Notes under the pieces: model-generated | Seen by the model: the letters and a program-made list of their open reading frames with translations, nothing else | What the model was told of the DNA's origin: nothing | The model's database searches: none | Position numbers and translations under genes: made by a program | Shown: piece after piece, positions 34,930 to 49,730 of the stretch | How the letters are laid out: every line of letters starts with the position of its first letter | Position numbering within the stretch: the stretch's first letter is position 1 | Assembly (NCBI RefSeq): GCF_009914755.1 | Contig: NC_060932.1 | Length of the DNA: 64,000 bases | Origin: the human T2T-CHM13v2.0 reference genome, Homo sapiens | Direction: 5' to 3' (one strand)

Positions 34930-35620
34930 CCATCATAGAGCATATGAGTGGGAAGGACAAGAAATCACACATATAAAATTGCGATTGCAGTAAACATCAC
35001 AGAAGAGAGATACATCAGTGTTATGAGATTATACAGTCAGAGGTTCTGTTGGTTTGGAAGATCACAGAAAACTTTCTTCAATAAGTGAAGTTTGAGATTA
35101 GATATGAAGGAATTCGTGTAGGCATTAACTCGGTCAAGATGATGGCTTTTCAAACAGAATGAAGGGGGAGAAATAATTTGGTGAGTAGGAGGAAGTAAAG
35201 GAGGGGAGAGAGCTCCAGAGAAAGTAGTGCAAGATAATGCTGTAGAGAAACATAGTGGCCACAATCTGTGGAGACTTGTGTTCCGTGTAAGGTTTCAGGT
35301 TTTCATCTTTAAAGCAATGGTAAGCCATTGAAAGGGGCAATACTGGTGTTAACAGGATCAGAATGTGTTTTGCGAAGATCATTTTGGTTGCAGTGTGGAG
35401 AACTGGTATGATGAGTAAATGTATGCATGAGAGTGAGTGTTGCTTGACCAGTAAAGAGAATGTTGTAGCAGTTCTTATGAGAGAGAAATAGGAGTTTGAT
35501 CTTAGTAGGGAGGTTTGATGATAATTTAGGAAGTAAAATTTTCAGGATTTAGTGATGCTGTTGATATGTGGCAGTCACCAAGTGAGAAGTATTAAAGTTA
35601 ACATGGGTTTCTGATTTGCA
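34930..35620 (-). mobile_element. L2 relic
   Basis: AAGCAATGGTAAGCCATTGAAAGG...GATCAGAATGTGTTTTGCGAAGATCATTTTGGTTGCAGTGTGGAGAA is typical antisense L2. Confidence 0.65.
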
Positions 35621-35750
35621 CAAAGATGCAATGAAAAATAATATAGCCAATAAAAAATTTAAAGTAATTACATAGATAAATAGGTTAGCAACTAAAATAA
35701 ATCACTTGGATAGGATTTGTAAAGTGAAACTGTGTGATGGCAGGAGGTAA

Positions 35751-35903
35751 ATGAATCAGGAGATTGTAATATGAATATGCAATATGTAATTATAATATGT
35801 ATATATAATATGCAATATGAATTATATATGATATGAATTATATGTATATGTAATATGTAAAATGAATTATAATATGTAGTATGAATCAGGAGATTGTAAT
35901 ATG
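35751..35903. repeat. Perfect 23-bp direct repeat flanking 107 bp of AT-rich low-complexity filler
   Basis: ATGAATCAGGAGATTGTAATATG at 35751-35773 and 35881-35903. Confidence 0.9.
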
Positions 35904-36420
35904 TAATATTTTGAGTTACCTTGAAATTAATTTTAGTTATTTAGTACTGTTCATATTCAAATAGATATCATTTTAAATTATAAAATTATTTCAGTATTTT
36001 TAGAATAAAAGAAATGCAGTAATGGTAAACAAAAAATAAGAAGTGCAGATTTTCTTCTTAACTTTTCCCAGGGAGACTTCCCCTACCTTTTATAATTTAT
36101 TTTATTGGAGAAATAGATTTTTGAATTGAAAATGCTATTCTGAAATAAGGCCATTTGCCAACAAATCAGTACCTAAATGTATCTTTTCTCTTAATTATGT
36201 TTATTTTACAGCATTTGTTGCCTTATGTCAGGTTTCTCTGTCTCTAGTTAATCAATCCCTTTCATGTATCTATCTTTTCCTATACAGATTCGGATTAGAT
36301 AATTCCTATGCTTCAAAACCTTTTATGGTTCTGAAAAGGAAAGTTTAAACTTAAAGTTAACTCCAACTGTCACCTTCTTGACCAGTTTATATTATGTTCA
36401 TTTCTTTTCTCCTTCCTCAA

Positions 36421-36433
36421 GAGAGAGAGAGAG

Positions 36434-36472
<39 letters not shown>

Positions 36473-36481
36473 GTGTGTGTT
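36421..36481. repeat. Compound (GA)n(GT)n microsatellite
   Basis: Directly visible. Confidence 0.95.
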
Positions 36482-37552
36482 TATTTTCATTTCTTGGTAT
36501 CTTCGAATGTGTTCACCTTTCTTTCTGGAATCCCTTTTTAGTCTGGAAAATACTGGCTGAGCTTTCTTGACACAGATCAAACATTACCTCTCTCAAAATG
36601 TGGTCACCACCTGGGAGACTTAGGAATTTTTGCATAGCGTTTCATTTATACTTATTCTATTATTTTATTATATAATAAATTACTAGTATCAGATGTAGTA
36701 TAAATAACAAATATACATCTTACTTATACTACATGATATCATGTGTACTTGTTTAACTATTTCCATTAAATGTGAGTTTTAAGGAAAGCTGACATATGAT
36801 AGTTGTTCAGTAAACCTTTGTTATGAGTTCTGTTAGGATGGAGATGTTTTGCTGTTGTCTGTGGATGGTAGATAAATGGACAAATAAATTATCAAATATC
36901 TTAATATCCAGAAGGGAAAAGAGACATATATATTATTAATAAATCAGTGTGGTAGTATTATGAGGGATGAAAGTACTCTCGGGAGTCTGGAAGAGAGAAT
37001 TCTCAGTTTATCTTCATAAAGGTGCTTGGCTGATGTTAACCTCCTTTAGAATAAAGCTGTAACTGCTTAGGCTTGTGTTATATTAAATGGATCATTTTTC
37101 TTGCCCTCCTCCTGTGGAATCATAGCATTCCAACATTTATAGAGGAAATAGAGTGGAAGCTACCGAAATGGGTCCACCTTCATAATTTAAAACTTCTAAT
37201 TTCAAAGTTATACCAGTAATAGGCAGTCCTCCCCTTGAGTGATTTTGTTTCCAATAATTTCTAATGTATAGAGCCCTATTAACTCCTATTACTGGTTGCA
37301 GGCAGGCATTACACAAATGAAATGACCTCATCCAGTTTCTTTTCTGAAGAGTTCCATCACTTTGTTCCTAGTCTGTTTTTTTCTGCAGCCATCTTACACA
37401 GCATGGTGATCTCTTATGTCATAAATAGTCCCATAGAGATTATTAGAAGAAATGAGTGGTAATAAGAATAAAGTTGAGTTTTAAAAGATGAAAGAAAAAT
37501 GTATATGACCAGGAAAACTTGAGCTTTGACTAACAAGTAAAAGAAAATACCT

Positions 37553-37849
<297 letters not shown>

Positions 37850-37979
37850 GTTTTTTTTGGAATGTCTTTTCCAAAGGGCAAATTGTAAAAATTGTATGCA
37901 ATAATAGCATAGTTTGATTAAATGCTTTTTCTTCCAGACTTTAAGTTCTAATGAATTTACTTAAAAACAAACAAAAAAC

Positions 37980-38351
<372 letters not shown>

Positions 38352-39263
38352 TAGTGACTGTATTCTGAGGAAAATTGCATGACTGAAACTTATGTGGTGA
38401 AACATTTAACCATGTAGAGTTAGAAGAAACCTCAGTATTCTAATCCTTTGACATTGTGGAGCAGTGTGTTGTAAAGGATTAAGGGATTATTAATTTCAGG
38501 ACAAATAAAAATCGGTTCATCAATTTTGAAGGCACACCTTACATGTAAATTGAAGTGCTTATTTGAGGAGATACATTCTTACTAGAGCAGACAGACTTCT
38601 TTCAAAAAAAAAAAAAAAACAACAGAATACCCAGCACTTGTTTGCTTATGTTATTACTTATTAAGAAAAAATAGCACTAGATGCATTCCTGGATCTGCTT
38701 ATTGTCATTCCATTTATTTGACCTTAAGTTTTGCCAAAATTCTGTTTTCCCCCCAAAGTGACTGAACATATTTCCAAAGAAGTCTTAGATTTCATATCCT
38801 TGATGAAGGCTCTTCACTGACTTGTAGCAGTAAAAACTATTATGAAAAATAAAAACTTCGAAGACTACACTGTATTATTATATAATATTGTCTATGATTT
38901 TATGTAATTGTGTTTTGCATTCTATAAAGCTTTATGGTATATAAATGTGTCATTTATAATTAAATGTGGTTGAATTGATTTCCAAAATTATCAGATCCAT
39001 GATTAACAAAATAACTTGTTGTATTACCCTTCTTGTTATAAGAAAAGGGGATTTAAGTCTTATTTCCTGATTTTGTAACATGTTATAACTACAAATAATC
39101 CTTGTTTAGGGTAATAAAAATAGAAACATTTGCTTTCTGAGACTTGGATAGTATTTGGAAATATTTGATTCAAGTTGGGAAGTGATTTTTCACTCTTAAT
39201 AGTTGAAAATTTACAACTTTTAGGGAAAATCGTTGTGAGCATTCTACTGTAGCCCCCTCCCCC

Positions 39264-39267
<4 letters not shown>

Positions 39268-39307
<40 letters not shown>
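39268..39307. repeat. Pure T40 homopolymer
   Basis: 40 consecutive T with no adjacent Alu or L1 body. Confidence 0.95.
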
Positions 39308-39308
<1 letters not shown>

Positions 39309-39749
39309 GTATTTCAGAGTCTGTGCTTTCTAAACAATAAAGAACAAATATCCCAGGATACAAAGAAATGGGAAACTTAAAACTAAAATTTGCTGTTTCA
39401 TCAGATTCCTGAGAGTGGTTTTAATTTTCTATAGATGTCTTTAGTATGTTCATGTGCCTGGAATTTATATAATTTATTTGTTCTAAAACTGCATAAAATT
39501 TTTTTACATTTAGAAAGCATGTCAAAATTGGATTTTTAAATGGAAATATCCTATTATGGTTCTGTTTAGAATTTTCTTATATATAGGACAAACTATATTA
39601 TTTTAGAAATTCATTCTGGTTATTTATGGAGATGTCTTTTTTAGCTGCCTCTATTCAGAATTCAAAGTTATTAAAATACCAAGAATATTTAGAATATTTA
39701 GTGAGGCCAAGGCTCAATAGTGTTTTATTTTGTATTTAAAAAATTTCTT

Positions 39750-39855
39750 TGTCTCGCTGTATTGCCTAGGCTGGTCTTGAACTCCTTGGCTCAAGCGATC
39801 CTCTCACCTTAGCCTCCCAAAGTCCTAGGATTATAGGAGCCACATGCAAGGCCCC
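39750..39855 (-). mobile_element. FLAM / left Alu monomer fragment
   Basis: GTCTCGCTGTATTGCCTAGGCTGGTCTTGAACTCCTTGGCTCAAGCGATCCTC... Confidence 0.8.
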
Positions 39856-40312
39856 AGCAGTCTTTGGAGACAAAAAATCCAGCTCTGATTCGGGCAACAC
39901 TCAGAGTGGATTTTTAGCCTAGGGAGAGAAAAATAAATGATATAAAAAACAGACAAACAAAAAACCTAGTCATGGGAGAAAGGGAGTTGGAGAGTAAGCT
40001 TTGGAAGAGTACTATCTATAATTCTGTTAGAACAGACCTTCTGAAAGGGGGCAAGGAGTTTTAACTCCATTGCCATTATTTGTTGGAGAATATAATTTCC
40101 CTCAGGCATTTAGGGCAAGGAAAAGGTTAAGAACTGCTGTACCAATTAAGTTCTAATAATCTAAGCTTACTCTGTTAACATTCTATCTCACTTAGAGTGA
40201 TTTTTCCCCTTTAATGTAAATCAGCTTATGCCATTCCCCTATTAAAGCCCCCTCTTTTCATATTGTGAATTAAAAATTCCAACTGCTTTTCTTAACTTAA
40301 AAATCCCCTACT

Positions 40313-40620
40313 GGCTGGGCGTGGTGGCTCACACCTATAATCCCAGCACTTTGGGAGGCCGAGGCGGGTAGATCATGAGGTCAAGAGATCGAGACCATCC
40401 TGGCCAACATGGTGAAACCCCGTCTCTACTGAAAATACACAAATTAGCTGGGCCTGGTGGCACATGCCTGTAATCCCAGCTACTCAGGAGGCTGAGGCAG
40501 GAGAATCGCTTGAACCTGGGAGGCGGAGGTTGCAGTGAGCCTAGATAGCGCCACTGCACTCCAGCCTGGAGACAGAGTGAGACTCCATCTCAAAAAGAAA
40601 CAAACCAACCAACAAAAAAC
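40313..40620 (+). mobile_element. AluSc-like
   Basis: GATCATGAGGTCAAGAGATCGAGACCATCCTGGCCAACATGG, with flanks AAAATCCCCTAC / AAAAACCCTAC. Confidence 0.93.
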
Positions 40621-40624
40621 CCTA

Positions 40625-40984
40625 CCTACCTCTCTAAATGAATGTATGACTCTGCCCTTTCCTTCATACCAAGTATGTTCCTATTTAGGGCTGTTGTTCT
40701 AGCTGTGCCTTTTGTTTTGCTTGGTTGTCTTACTGTTTTGTACTTGACTGGTCGTATGTCAGCTCACATATCAGTTTCATAGGCATTTGTGACCACTCAA
40801 TATTAATATGTCATCCAGTTCTCTTTTCTATTACTTATAATTATTATAATTATACTTGTCACAATCTGATGTTTTCTTGTGTGTTTGCTTCTTTGTTTTA
40901 TTTCTCTATTAACTACTATATTGTTAGTGCTTGGCATAGAGTTGGTGCCTAAGAAATATTTGTTGGATGGATGAGTGAATGAAC
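40625..40984 (+). mobile_element. L2 3' end relic
   Basis: AGTGCTTGGCATAGAGTTGGTGCCTAAGAAATATTTGTTGGATGGATGAGTGAATGAA terminus. Confidence 0.65.
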
Positions 40985-41367
40985 CACTGCCCTAGGTTAG
41001 GGGTGCTACCCACGTCATATCATTGTATCTGGTGCAGGTAATATTATCCACAATTTTCAGAAACTAATTGCTTATATTATAATTTTTATTGGGGTGAAAA
41101 TAGAGGCCTAATATTAACACTGAAAAAGAATTTTCAGGTCGAAGACTGGAAAACTGATTTAAGTCTCAGCACTTTTACTTGTAATTTAGACTGTCACTAT
41201 ACCTTTGTGACTATGTTTCTTTTTCTATAAAATAATATCTCAAAGAGTTCTGAGATTTAAATGAAATGGTGTATTTAGGAGTTTTTCATAAAGCACTAAA
41301 TAAATTATTTTACATTCTCTCCTACCACCCTAAAAAAGAAGTAAAATACTTAAAAACAAGCATCTTG

Positions 41368-41665
41368 GGCAAGGCGCAGGGGCTCACACCTGTAACGTTA
41401 GCACTTTGGGAGGCCCAGGCAGGGGGATTGCTGGAGACCAGGAATTCAAGACCAGCCTGGACAACATGGTGAGACCCTGTCTCTACAAAATTTTAAAAAA
41501 TTAGCTGGGCATGGTGACACATGCCTGTGGTCCCACCTACTGGGAGGCTGTGCTGAGAGGATCTCTTGAGCCCAGGAGATCAAGGCTGCAGTGAACTGTA
41601 TTCGGGCCACTGCACTGCAGCCTCAGGGACAGAGTGACACCCTGTCTCAAACAAACAAACAAACA
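41368..41665 (+). mobile_element. AluJ
   Basis: TTGAGCCCAGGAGATCAAGGCTGCAGTGA (J-type). TSD AAACAAG(C/T)ATCTT. Confidence 0.9.
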
Positions 41666-42619
41666 AGTATCTTTACCATTTTTTTTTGATAAAGTAATTT
41701 TAAAAGGTGAGCTTTACTTTTATATTATAATTTTACTACATGTACTATCCAACGATGGAAGTTAAAATTAATTACTTTGGAGAATCTCTAGTATTATTGA
41801 ATATTTTATGAATTGCAAACTTATAGACTGAATACTTTCTTCAACCTTTTCTGTATTAGCTCTTTCATTTCTGTTTTACTTCCTTTCCTATGTCATAATC
41901 ATCCAATTTCCTTTGTATTTATCCTTTATCTATTTTGAAATCTATTTTTTTGCTTTCTGAAATATTTATTATAGAAAATGTAATTAATTTACTAGAAACA
42001 TAGATATATTTATTCACCTCTAGGCTTTGAAAACCCTGAAAAAATAAAGCTAATTCAACTTTTCTACGTTAATTTCTTCTATGTGAAAACACTACATTCA
42101 ATCTAATTGATCAACTCCTAAGCACAATTTTCCTTTTCTGCATCTGTATTTTCATGCAAATATTATTAAACTGATCAGAATGCCCTTTCTTCCTCTACCT
42201 CACCTATTCAGACCTCTATCTCCAGAAAGATTCAGTTCATCTCCTTTTTCACTGACTTTCCCAGCCTGCTGTATCTGAAGTGGTTGCTTATGTTTTTTAT
42301 ACCATGTCAGGTATTATTTGTAATTAATCATATTTTACCCTTTTTAATATCTTATTTTTTTCATTAACCGTTGGTAACTAGTCATTTTACTTTTTCTATT
42401 TTATTTTGTGGTTTCTGTCACTATATGTTTCAGATTAACAAACTGTTATGTTTCTAATAGATCTCAAGCTCTTTTAGGTCTCTTTTCATAGCATCTGTCC
42501 CAGCATTTTTATTCATTTTGTGTGCCTAATAAAGTTTTTTTGGTTTGTTTTTACTCCCCATTAAACAGCCATTTATTTTATTCCAAAAGGAAATAATTGT
42601 GTGTTTTGTGAGTGACAAT

Positions 42620-43003
42620 ATTGTGATGTGTTCAGTGGTATACTTCTTGTGGCCACATTACTTAGATTTGATCCCCCATTTTAGTACTTAATAGCTGTAG
42701 GGTCTTAGTAAAGTCATTCAGCCTCTCTGTGTCTCCGTTTTCTCATCTGTAATAAGAAGATCTTTTAGGGTTGCTGTGTGGATTAAATGAGACAGTAAAT
42801 GTAAAATGCTTAACACTTTGTTGTCAATTAAGTACTAACAATCTTCATCAACATTAGTTAAATTATTTTATGGCATAACGGAAAGAGGCGCAGAAGTCAG
42901 ATAGACTGTACTGCTTATGTGACCATGGGCAACTTTCTTTGCTTTTCTAAAACCCAGTTTCTTCATTGGTAAAATGGGGATGGTTTATTTTGAGGATTAA
43001 ATA

Positions 43004-43004
<1 letters not shown>
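42620..43004 (+). mobile_element. Two tandem MIR fragments
   Basis: CCTCTCTGTGTCTCCGTTTTCTCATCTGTAA...GGATTAAATGAGA and CCCAGTTTCTTCATTGGTAAAATGGGGAT...GAGGATTAAAT. Confidence 0.75.
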
Positions 43005-43038
<34 letters not shown>

Positions 43039-43047
43039 ACACACACT
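43005..43047. repeat. (CA)n microsatellite with one interruption
   Basis: Directly visible. Confidence 0.95.
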
Positions 43048-43725
43048 TAATATATGTGCCCAGTGACAATTCTCTTTTTGCATTTGTATTGCTGCTGTTT
43101 TTCTGAAGCCAGACCGCTGCTCCTCTGCGTCCATCCCTCATGTCTGTCTGACTGATTAAAAGCATCTTGAGGAAGTTTTGACTGCAGCAGTTGGTTTGGT
43201 GCCTTCAGAAGATGAATTGTGAGGAAACTCCATGTTTTTCTAAGAGTCCATTACATTCAGAAGATGAGAACTGAATAAAAATGTTAATCTGAGGAACAGA
43301 TTTTGGGCAGTATCAGTGTGGGTTTCATAATACTGGACTATTTAATTATAATTTGTACCAGTGTCCCACTATTCATTGGTAAAGGAGTCTTGATTTGTGC
43401 TTAATAATAATAATATATTCATTGAGTGTAAATTAGTGATTTCATCTGACAGTAGTGTAAAGATAGTTGCTTATAGAGTTATTTTCTTTACACATAAAAT
43501 ACCGTAACCATATGAGAAGAATGTCAACACAAACCAAATATTTATTCGAAAAGATTATAAATTCAAAATATTTTCTATACCCAGTAGTCAAAAACCTTCA
43601 AAAATTGTTAATGTTTTGCTTTTTCTTTTGGACTAGAGATTGTTTCAGTTGGTATTCACTCTGAGGGGTGGAGAGTCTCACTTTAGGACACATCTGAAGA
43701 ATAGCAGACAGTTATGAGAGGCTGT

Positions 43726-43744
43726 TAGCACCACCTTGTGGTGT
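43726..43744 (-). promoter_or_regulatory. Candidate CTCF core motif
   Basis: The minus strand reads ACACCACAAGGTGGTGCTA versus consensus TGGCCACCAGGGGGCGCTA. It lies in apparently unique sequence. Motif match only. Confidence 0.5.
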
Positions 43745-44748
43745 CTGCTGTACCCTGCCTTTTACCTTTAGTGCCCTGCCATTATTATATAGATCTTGAT
43801 AACCAGGGAAAGATAAGTAGGGAAGACCTCATTTTAACAATTATCTTTTGAAAGTACATGCAAATTTTGATGATTGGGTACTGATTACTATTGAATCCTT
43901 AATATTTCCGTAAGGTTTTACGTGTAAGATCTTGCCTATTATAATAATTGATTTAAGTGTTTCAGATTCTTAGGTATATATTAACAACATAGCTTTGCAA
44001 GTACAGAAATAATGTTTTAAGACTACTCTAGTAGATACAACTTTTTCTCTAAATTACATTATTATAAATAAGTCCTTTTTTCTTAAAATTATTTTAGAAA
44101 TTAGTATTTAAGTGTGGTGTATTTGATGAATTTTTTCTTGTTTGCTGTCATAAAATGCAAAAAATGTAGTCCTTGCCAGTAACCTTAAAACACAATTTTA
44201 ATGTTTTTTAACAGAATTTTATAGTCATAAAATAACATTGATTTTAGAAACAACATTTTTTATAACAGAGTATTTTCTTCCAAGATTCTATTTTAGAGTT
44301 TTGTACTTTGAACAGTTGGTTCCTTAATGTTATTGTCCATTAGCCTATTTTTAGATTTTTCTAATTTGGCTTGAAAGCAAAATGTGTCATTATATTCTGG
44401 ATTGTGGGGTTTATGTAATTTCTAATAAATATTTCAATGTTCATGAAGAGAGATGAACATAAAGGCTAAGAATCGTAAGTAATGCAGATACCACAATGAA
44501 AGACATTTTGTATTTTAGACAACAAAGTGAAGTATATACTAGATATATGACATCTTTCATGTAATTAAAAAAGGTACAAATATCTTTAAAATAAATTTAA
44601 ATTTCCAAAGTTTACTATGTTAGTCCACCTTGTATATTTGTAATAAAATTAAACAACAGTTTAAATGTAGAGTTAAATAGAATTAGCTTAATTCAATACG
44701 TGGATTAACCACATAGTAATTATACATTGAGTAGTGTGCCCATTCTAA

Positions 44749-45574
<826 letters not shown>

Positions 45575-46308
45575 ATTTCTTTTGAAAACATTTTGTTATA
45601 AACTTGAAGATACAACAAAATACGACTTCTTAATTTATGTAACGTTGTTATTTTATGATTATACTTTTTTCATGGACATATACCGGCTTGAGTATGATCT
45701 ACTGGCAAGGGCAAAAGGTGGTGTAGCTAGTCTGTTACCTAAGAATTGTAGTGCCACTGACAGAAGTAAGGGAATTAACAATGGAAGATAATTATGATAT
45801 GTAAGTTAAGTTCTTAGTCATTTTCAAAAGGTTTTCTTGGGTAGATTATATATTCTTTCAGGGATATTGGTTTTGATTTCTATAAATAAAATATTTATTA
45901 TTGCATCATTATTTACATCACTATAGGATATTATTGTCCTTTGAGAGAAATCATCACTCTCAATCCGTTCTTTTCTGTTCTCTTTTACCAGGCAGTACTG
46001 CTTATGCCCACAGGCTTTAGGGGAGACAACACTGGGATTGACTTGATATGTATAGTAACTTTGAAATGTTACCACTTCTCAATGATCCTCAGTTTCCTAA
46101 TCTGTAAAATGAAGATAATACCTGGCACATGGTAATAAGCACTGGATAAATAATGGCTGTTACTTGGAATTATCATTAGAAGAGAATCAGAATGATCTTA
46201 TCAGAGTCTCATTGGAAAATTCATTAGACACTCACCTGCATTATTGAGGAACTGATAGGTGTTCAGTGCCTCTCAGTTTTTAGGCTAAGAAACCATACCT
46301 TGTCAAAT

Positions 46309-46420
46309 CAGGAGTTAGCAAATTTTTAATAAAAGACCAGATAATTTTTTAGGCTTTGTGGCATGGTCTTTGAATGGTCTCTTTTGAAACTACTCAACTC
46401 TGCTGCTTTAGCAGGAAAGT
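46309..46420 (+). mobile_element. MER58 5' half
   Basis: CAGGAGTTAGCAAATTTT...AGGCTTTGTGGCATGGTC...AACTACTCAACTCTGCTG. Confidence 0.7.
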
Positions 46421-46829
46421 AGAAGCATTTCCTGCTGTTTTAGCAGGAAATGGAGAAAAGGTGTGTTATTTTGTATGGCTTCCTTTAGGCATATATAGAA
46501 GCCAGTGTCCTTAAAGACCTGCTATAAAGACCAGCTTGATTAAATTATACCCCACTCTTGCCTATTATTTTAACCCTACTAGGTTTTCATTTTTTGAATG
46601 TGCCTACCAGAGCACTGTCTCTCCTTGCGCACAGGACACACTGAGTCTTTTCTCCTCTTTGTCTTTCTCTTGGAAGATTGTTTTGTAGGATTGGTTACCT
46701 TAGCCAGATAATTCAACAAACTTTTAGTGCTGGAACATGATGCCTGTATAGGAAAGCTGAAGGCAGAACTATTTTTAGGTCTCCATGTAATTTTTTATCT
46801 AAGATAATGATGATTATGATAATAATGAT

Positions 46830-47035
46830 GGAGTAGCTATTACTTTTTAAGTTCCTACTGTATAATAGGCATGTTATAAATGTCTCATTCAGTCTTCATA
46901 ACAACCCTACAAGTTACGTGGTGTTAGTCTCATTTTACATTTAAGAAATCTGCAGTGAAGTGATTTGGTCAAGAATACACAACAATCAGTGCCAGATATG
47001 GGCACACACCTTTGACTCCAAAGTCTTCTGCTCCT
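46830..47035 (-). mobile_element. MIR SINE
   Basis: TCTCATTCAGTCTTCATAACAACCCTAC...CTCATTTTACATTTAAGAAATCTG...TTTGACTCCAAAGTC. Confidence 0.75.
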
Positions 47036-47139
47036 CTCTGTTTCCATTAAACTTTGACCATGACTAGGACATTCGTTTACTTTGTTGTTTTTACTAAATA
47101 AATGTTGATAAGGGCAGCTATTATATTTTAATTTGTCTT

Positions 47140-47440
47140 TTTTTTTTTTTTTTTTTTTTGAGACGGAGTCTCGCTCTGTCGCCCAGGCTGGAGTGCAGTG
47201 GCGCGATCTGGCTCACTGCAAGCTCCGCCTCCCAGTTTCACGCCATTCTCCTGCCTCAGCCTCCTGAGTAGCTGGGACTACAGGTGCCCGCCACCACACC
47301 TGCTAATTTTTTTTATATTTTTAGTAGAGCCCGGGTTTCACTGTGTTAGCCAGGATGGTCTTGATCTCCTGACCTCGTGATCCTCCTGTCTTGGCCTCCC
47401 AAAGTGCTGGGATTATAAGCGTGGGACACCGCGCCTGGCC
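47140..47440 (-). mobile_element. AluY
   Basis: Y-type diagnostics. Perfect TSD TAATTTGTCTT at 47129-47139 and 47441-47451. Confidence 0.95.
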
Positions 47441-49306
47441 TAATTTGTCTTTATGCCTTTAGTTTCATTATAGTGGATAACTAATAAACGTTAATTTAGT
47501 TAATGATTGAATAATTGAGGGCAGATTCAATATAAATGATGAAGTAAGGGAAAAATGGTCTTATTTGAATTAGAAGGTCTCCATTGGAAATGTAGTATGA
47601 GTAAAGAGGAACATTTAAAATAAAGTGTCTTTCCTAAAACCCATTCAGGGCATTTAGGTTTTAAATGCCTCTCCATTGTGTGTATGCATCACATTTTAAA
47701 AATCTGTTCATCTGCTGATGGCCATTTATGTTGCTTCCAAATCTTGGCTATTGTGAACAGTGCTGCAACAAACATGGGAGTGCAGATATCTCTTTGATAC
47801 ACTGATTTCCTTTCCTTTGGGTTTATACCTAGCAGTGGGATTCTTGGATAGTATGGTAGCTCTATATTTACCATTTGTATGTCTTCTTTTGAGACATGTC
47901 TACTCTGGTTATTAATCCCTTGTCAGATGAGTAGTTTGCAAACATTTTCTTCCATTCTGTGTGTTGTTTCTTCACTTTGTCGATTGTTTCCTTTGCTGTA
48001 CAGAAGTGTTTTAACTTGATGTGACCCCCTTTGTCGATTTTTGCTTGTGGGGTATTACTCAAGAAATCTCTGCTCAGACCAATGTTTTGGAGAGTTTTCT
48101 CAGTGATTACTTTTAGTAGTTTCGTAGTTTGAGGTCTTAGATTTAAGTCTTTAATCTACTTGGATTTGATTTTTGCATATGGCAAGAGATAGAGGGATGG
48201 GGTCTAGTTTTATTCTTATGCCTATGGATATCTAGTTTTCCCAGCACCATTCATTGAAGAGATTGTCCTTTCCCCAATATGTGTTCTTGGCACCGTTGTT
48301 GAAAATGAGTTCACTGTAGATGGATGGATTTGTTTCCTGTTTTTATGCCTGTGCCATGTTATTTTGTTTACTGTAACTCTGTAGTAAAACTTGAAATGAG
48401 GTAATGTTCAATTTTTTTCTTTTTAGTCAAAATTGGTTTGGCCATTTTGGGTCTGTTTTTGATTCCATATTATTTTTAGGATAATTTTTTGGTTTTTCTG
48501 TGAAGAATGTCTTTGGTATTTTGATAGGGATTGCAATGAATATGTAGATTGCTCTGGGTAGTATGGACGTTTTAACAATATTGATTCTTCTAATCCATGA
48601 ACATGAAATATATTTTTATTTTATTGTGCCTTCTTCAGTTTCTTGCATCAATGTTTTATAGTTTTCGTTGTAGAGGTCTTTCACTTCCTTGGTTAAATTT
48701 ATTTCTAGTTATTTTATTTGTAGCTATTGTAAATGGGGTTACTTTCTTGATTTCTTTTTCAAAGATTGTTTGCTGTTGGCATATAGAAATCTTACTGATT
48801 TTTGTATGTTGATTTTGTATCCTGCAGCTTTACTGAATTTATCAGTTCTAATAGTTTTTTTGGTGGAGTCCTTAGGCTTTTCCAAATATAAAATCATATC
48901 ATCTGCAAACAATGATAATTTAACTTGTTTCTTTCCAATTTGGATGCCTTTTATTTCTTTCCCTTGTCTAATTGCTCAGCTAGGACTTCCAGAACTCTGT
49001 GGAATAATAGTAGTGAAGTGGGTACCCTTGTCATGTTCCAGTTCTCAGAGGAAGGGCTTTCTGATTTTCCCCATTCAGTATGATACTAGCTGTGGGTCTG
49101 TTATATATGGCTTTTATTATGTTGAGGTATGTTCCTTCTGTACTCTGTCTTTTGAGGATTTTTATCAGGAAGAATGTTGAATTTTATCAAATGCTTTTTC
49201 AAAATCAGTTGAAATGATCATATGGTTTTCTCCTTAATTCTGTTGATATGATGTATCACATTAGTTGATTTGCATGTGTTGAACCATACTTGCATACCCA
49301 GGATAA

Positions 49307-49730
<424 letters not shown>

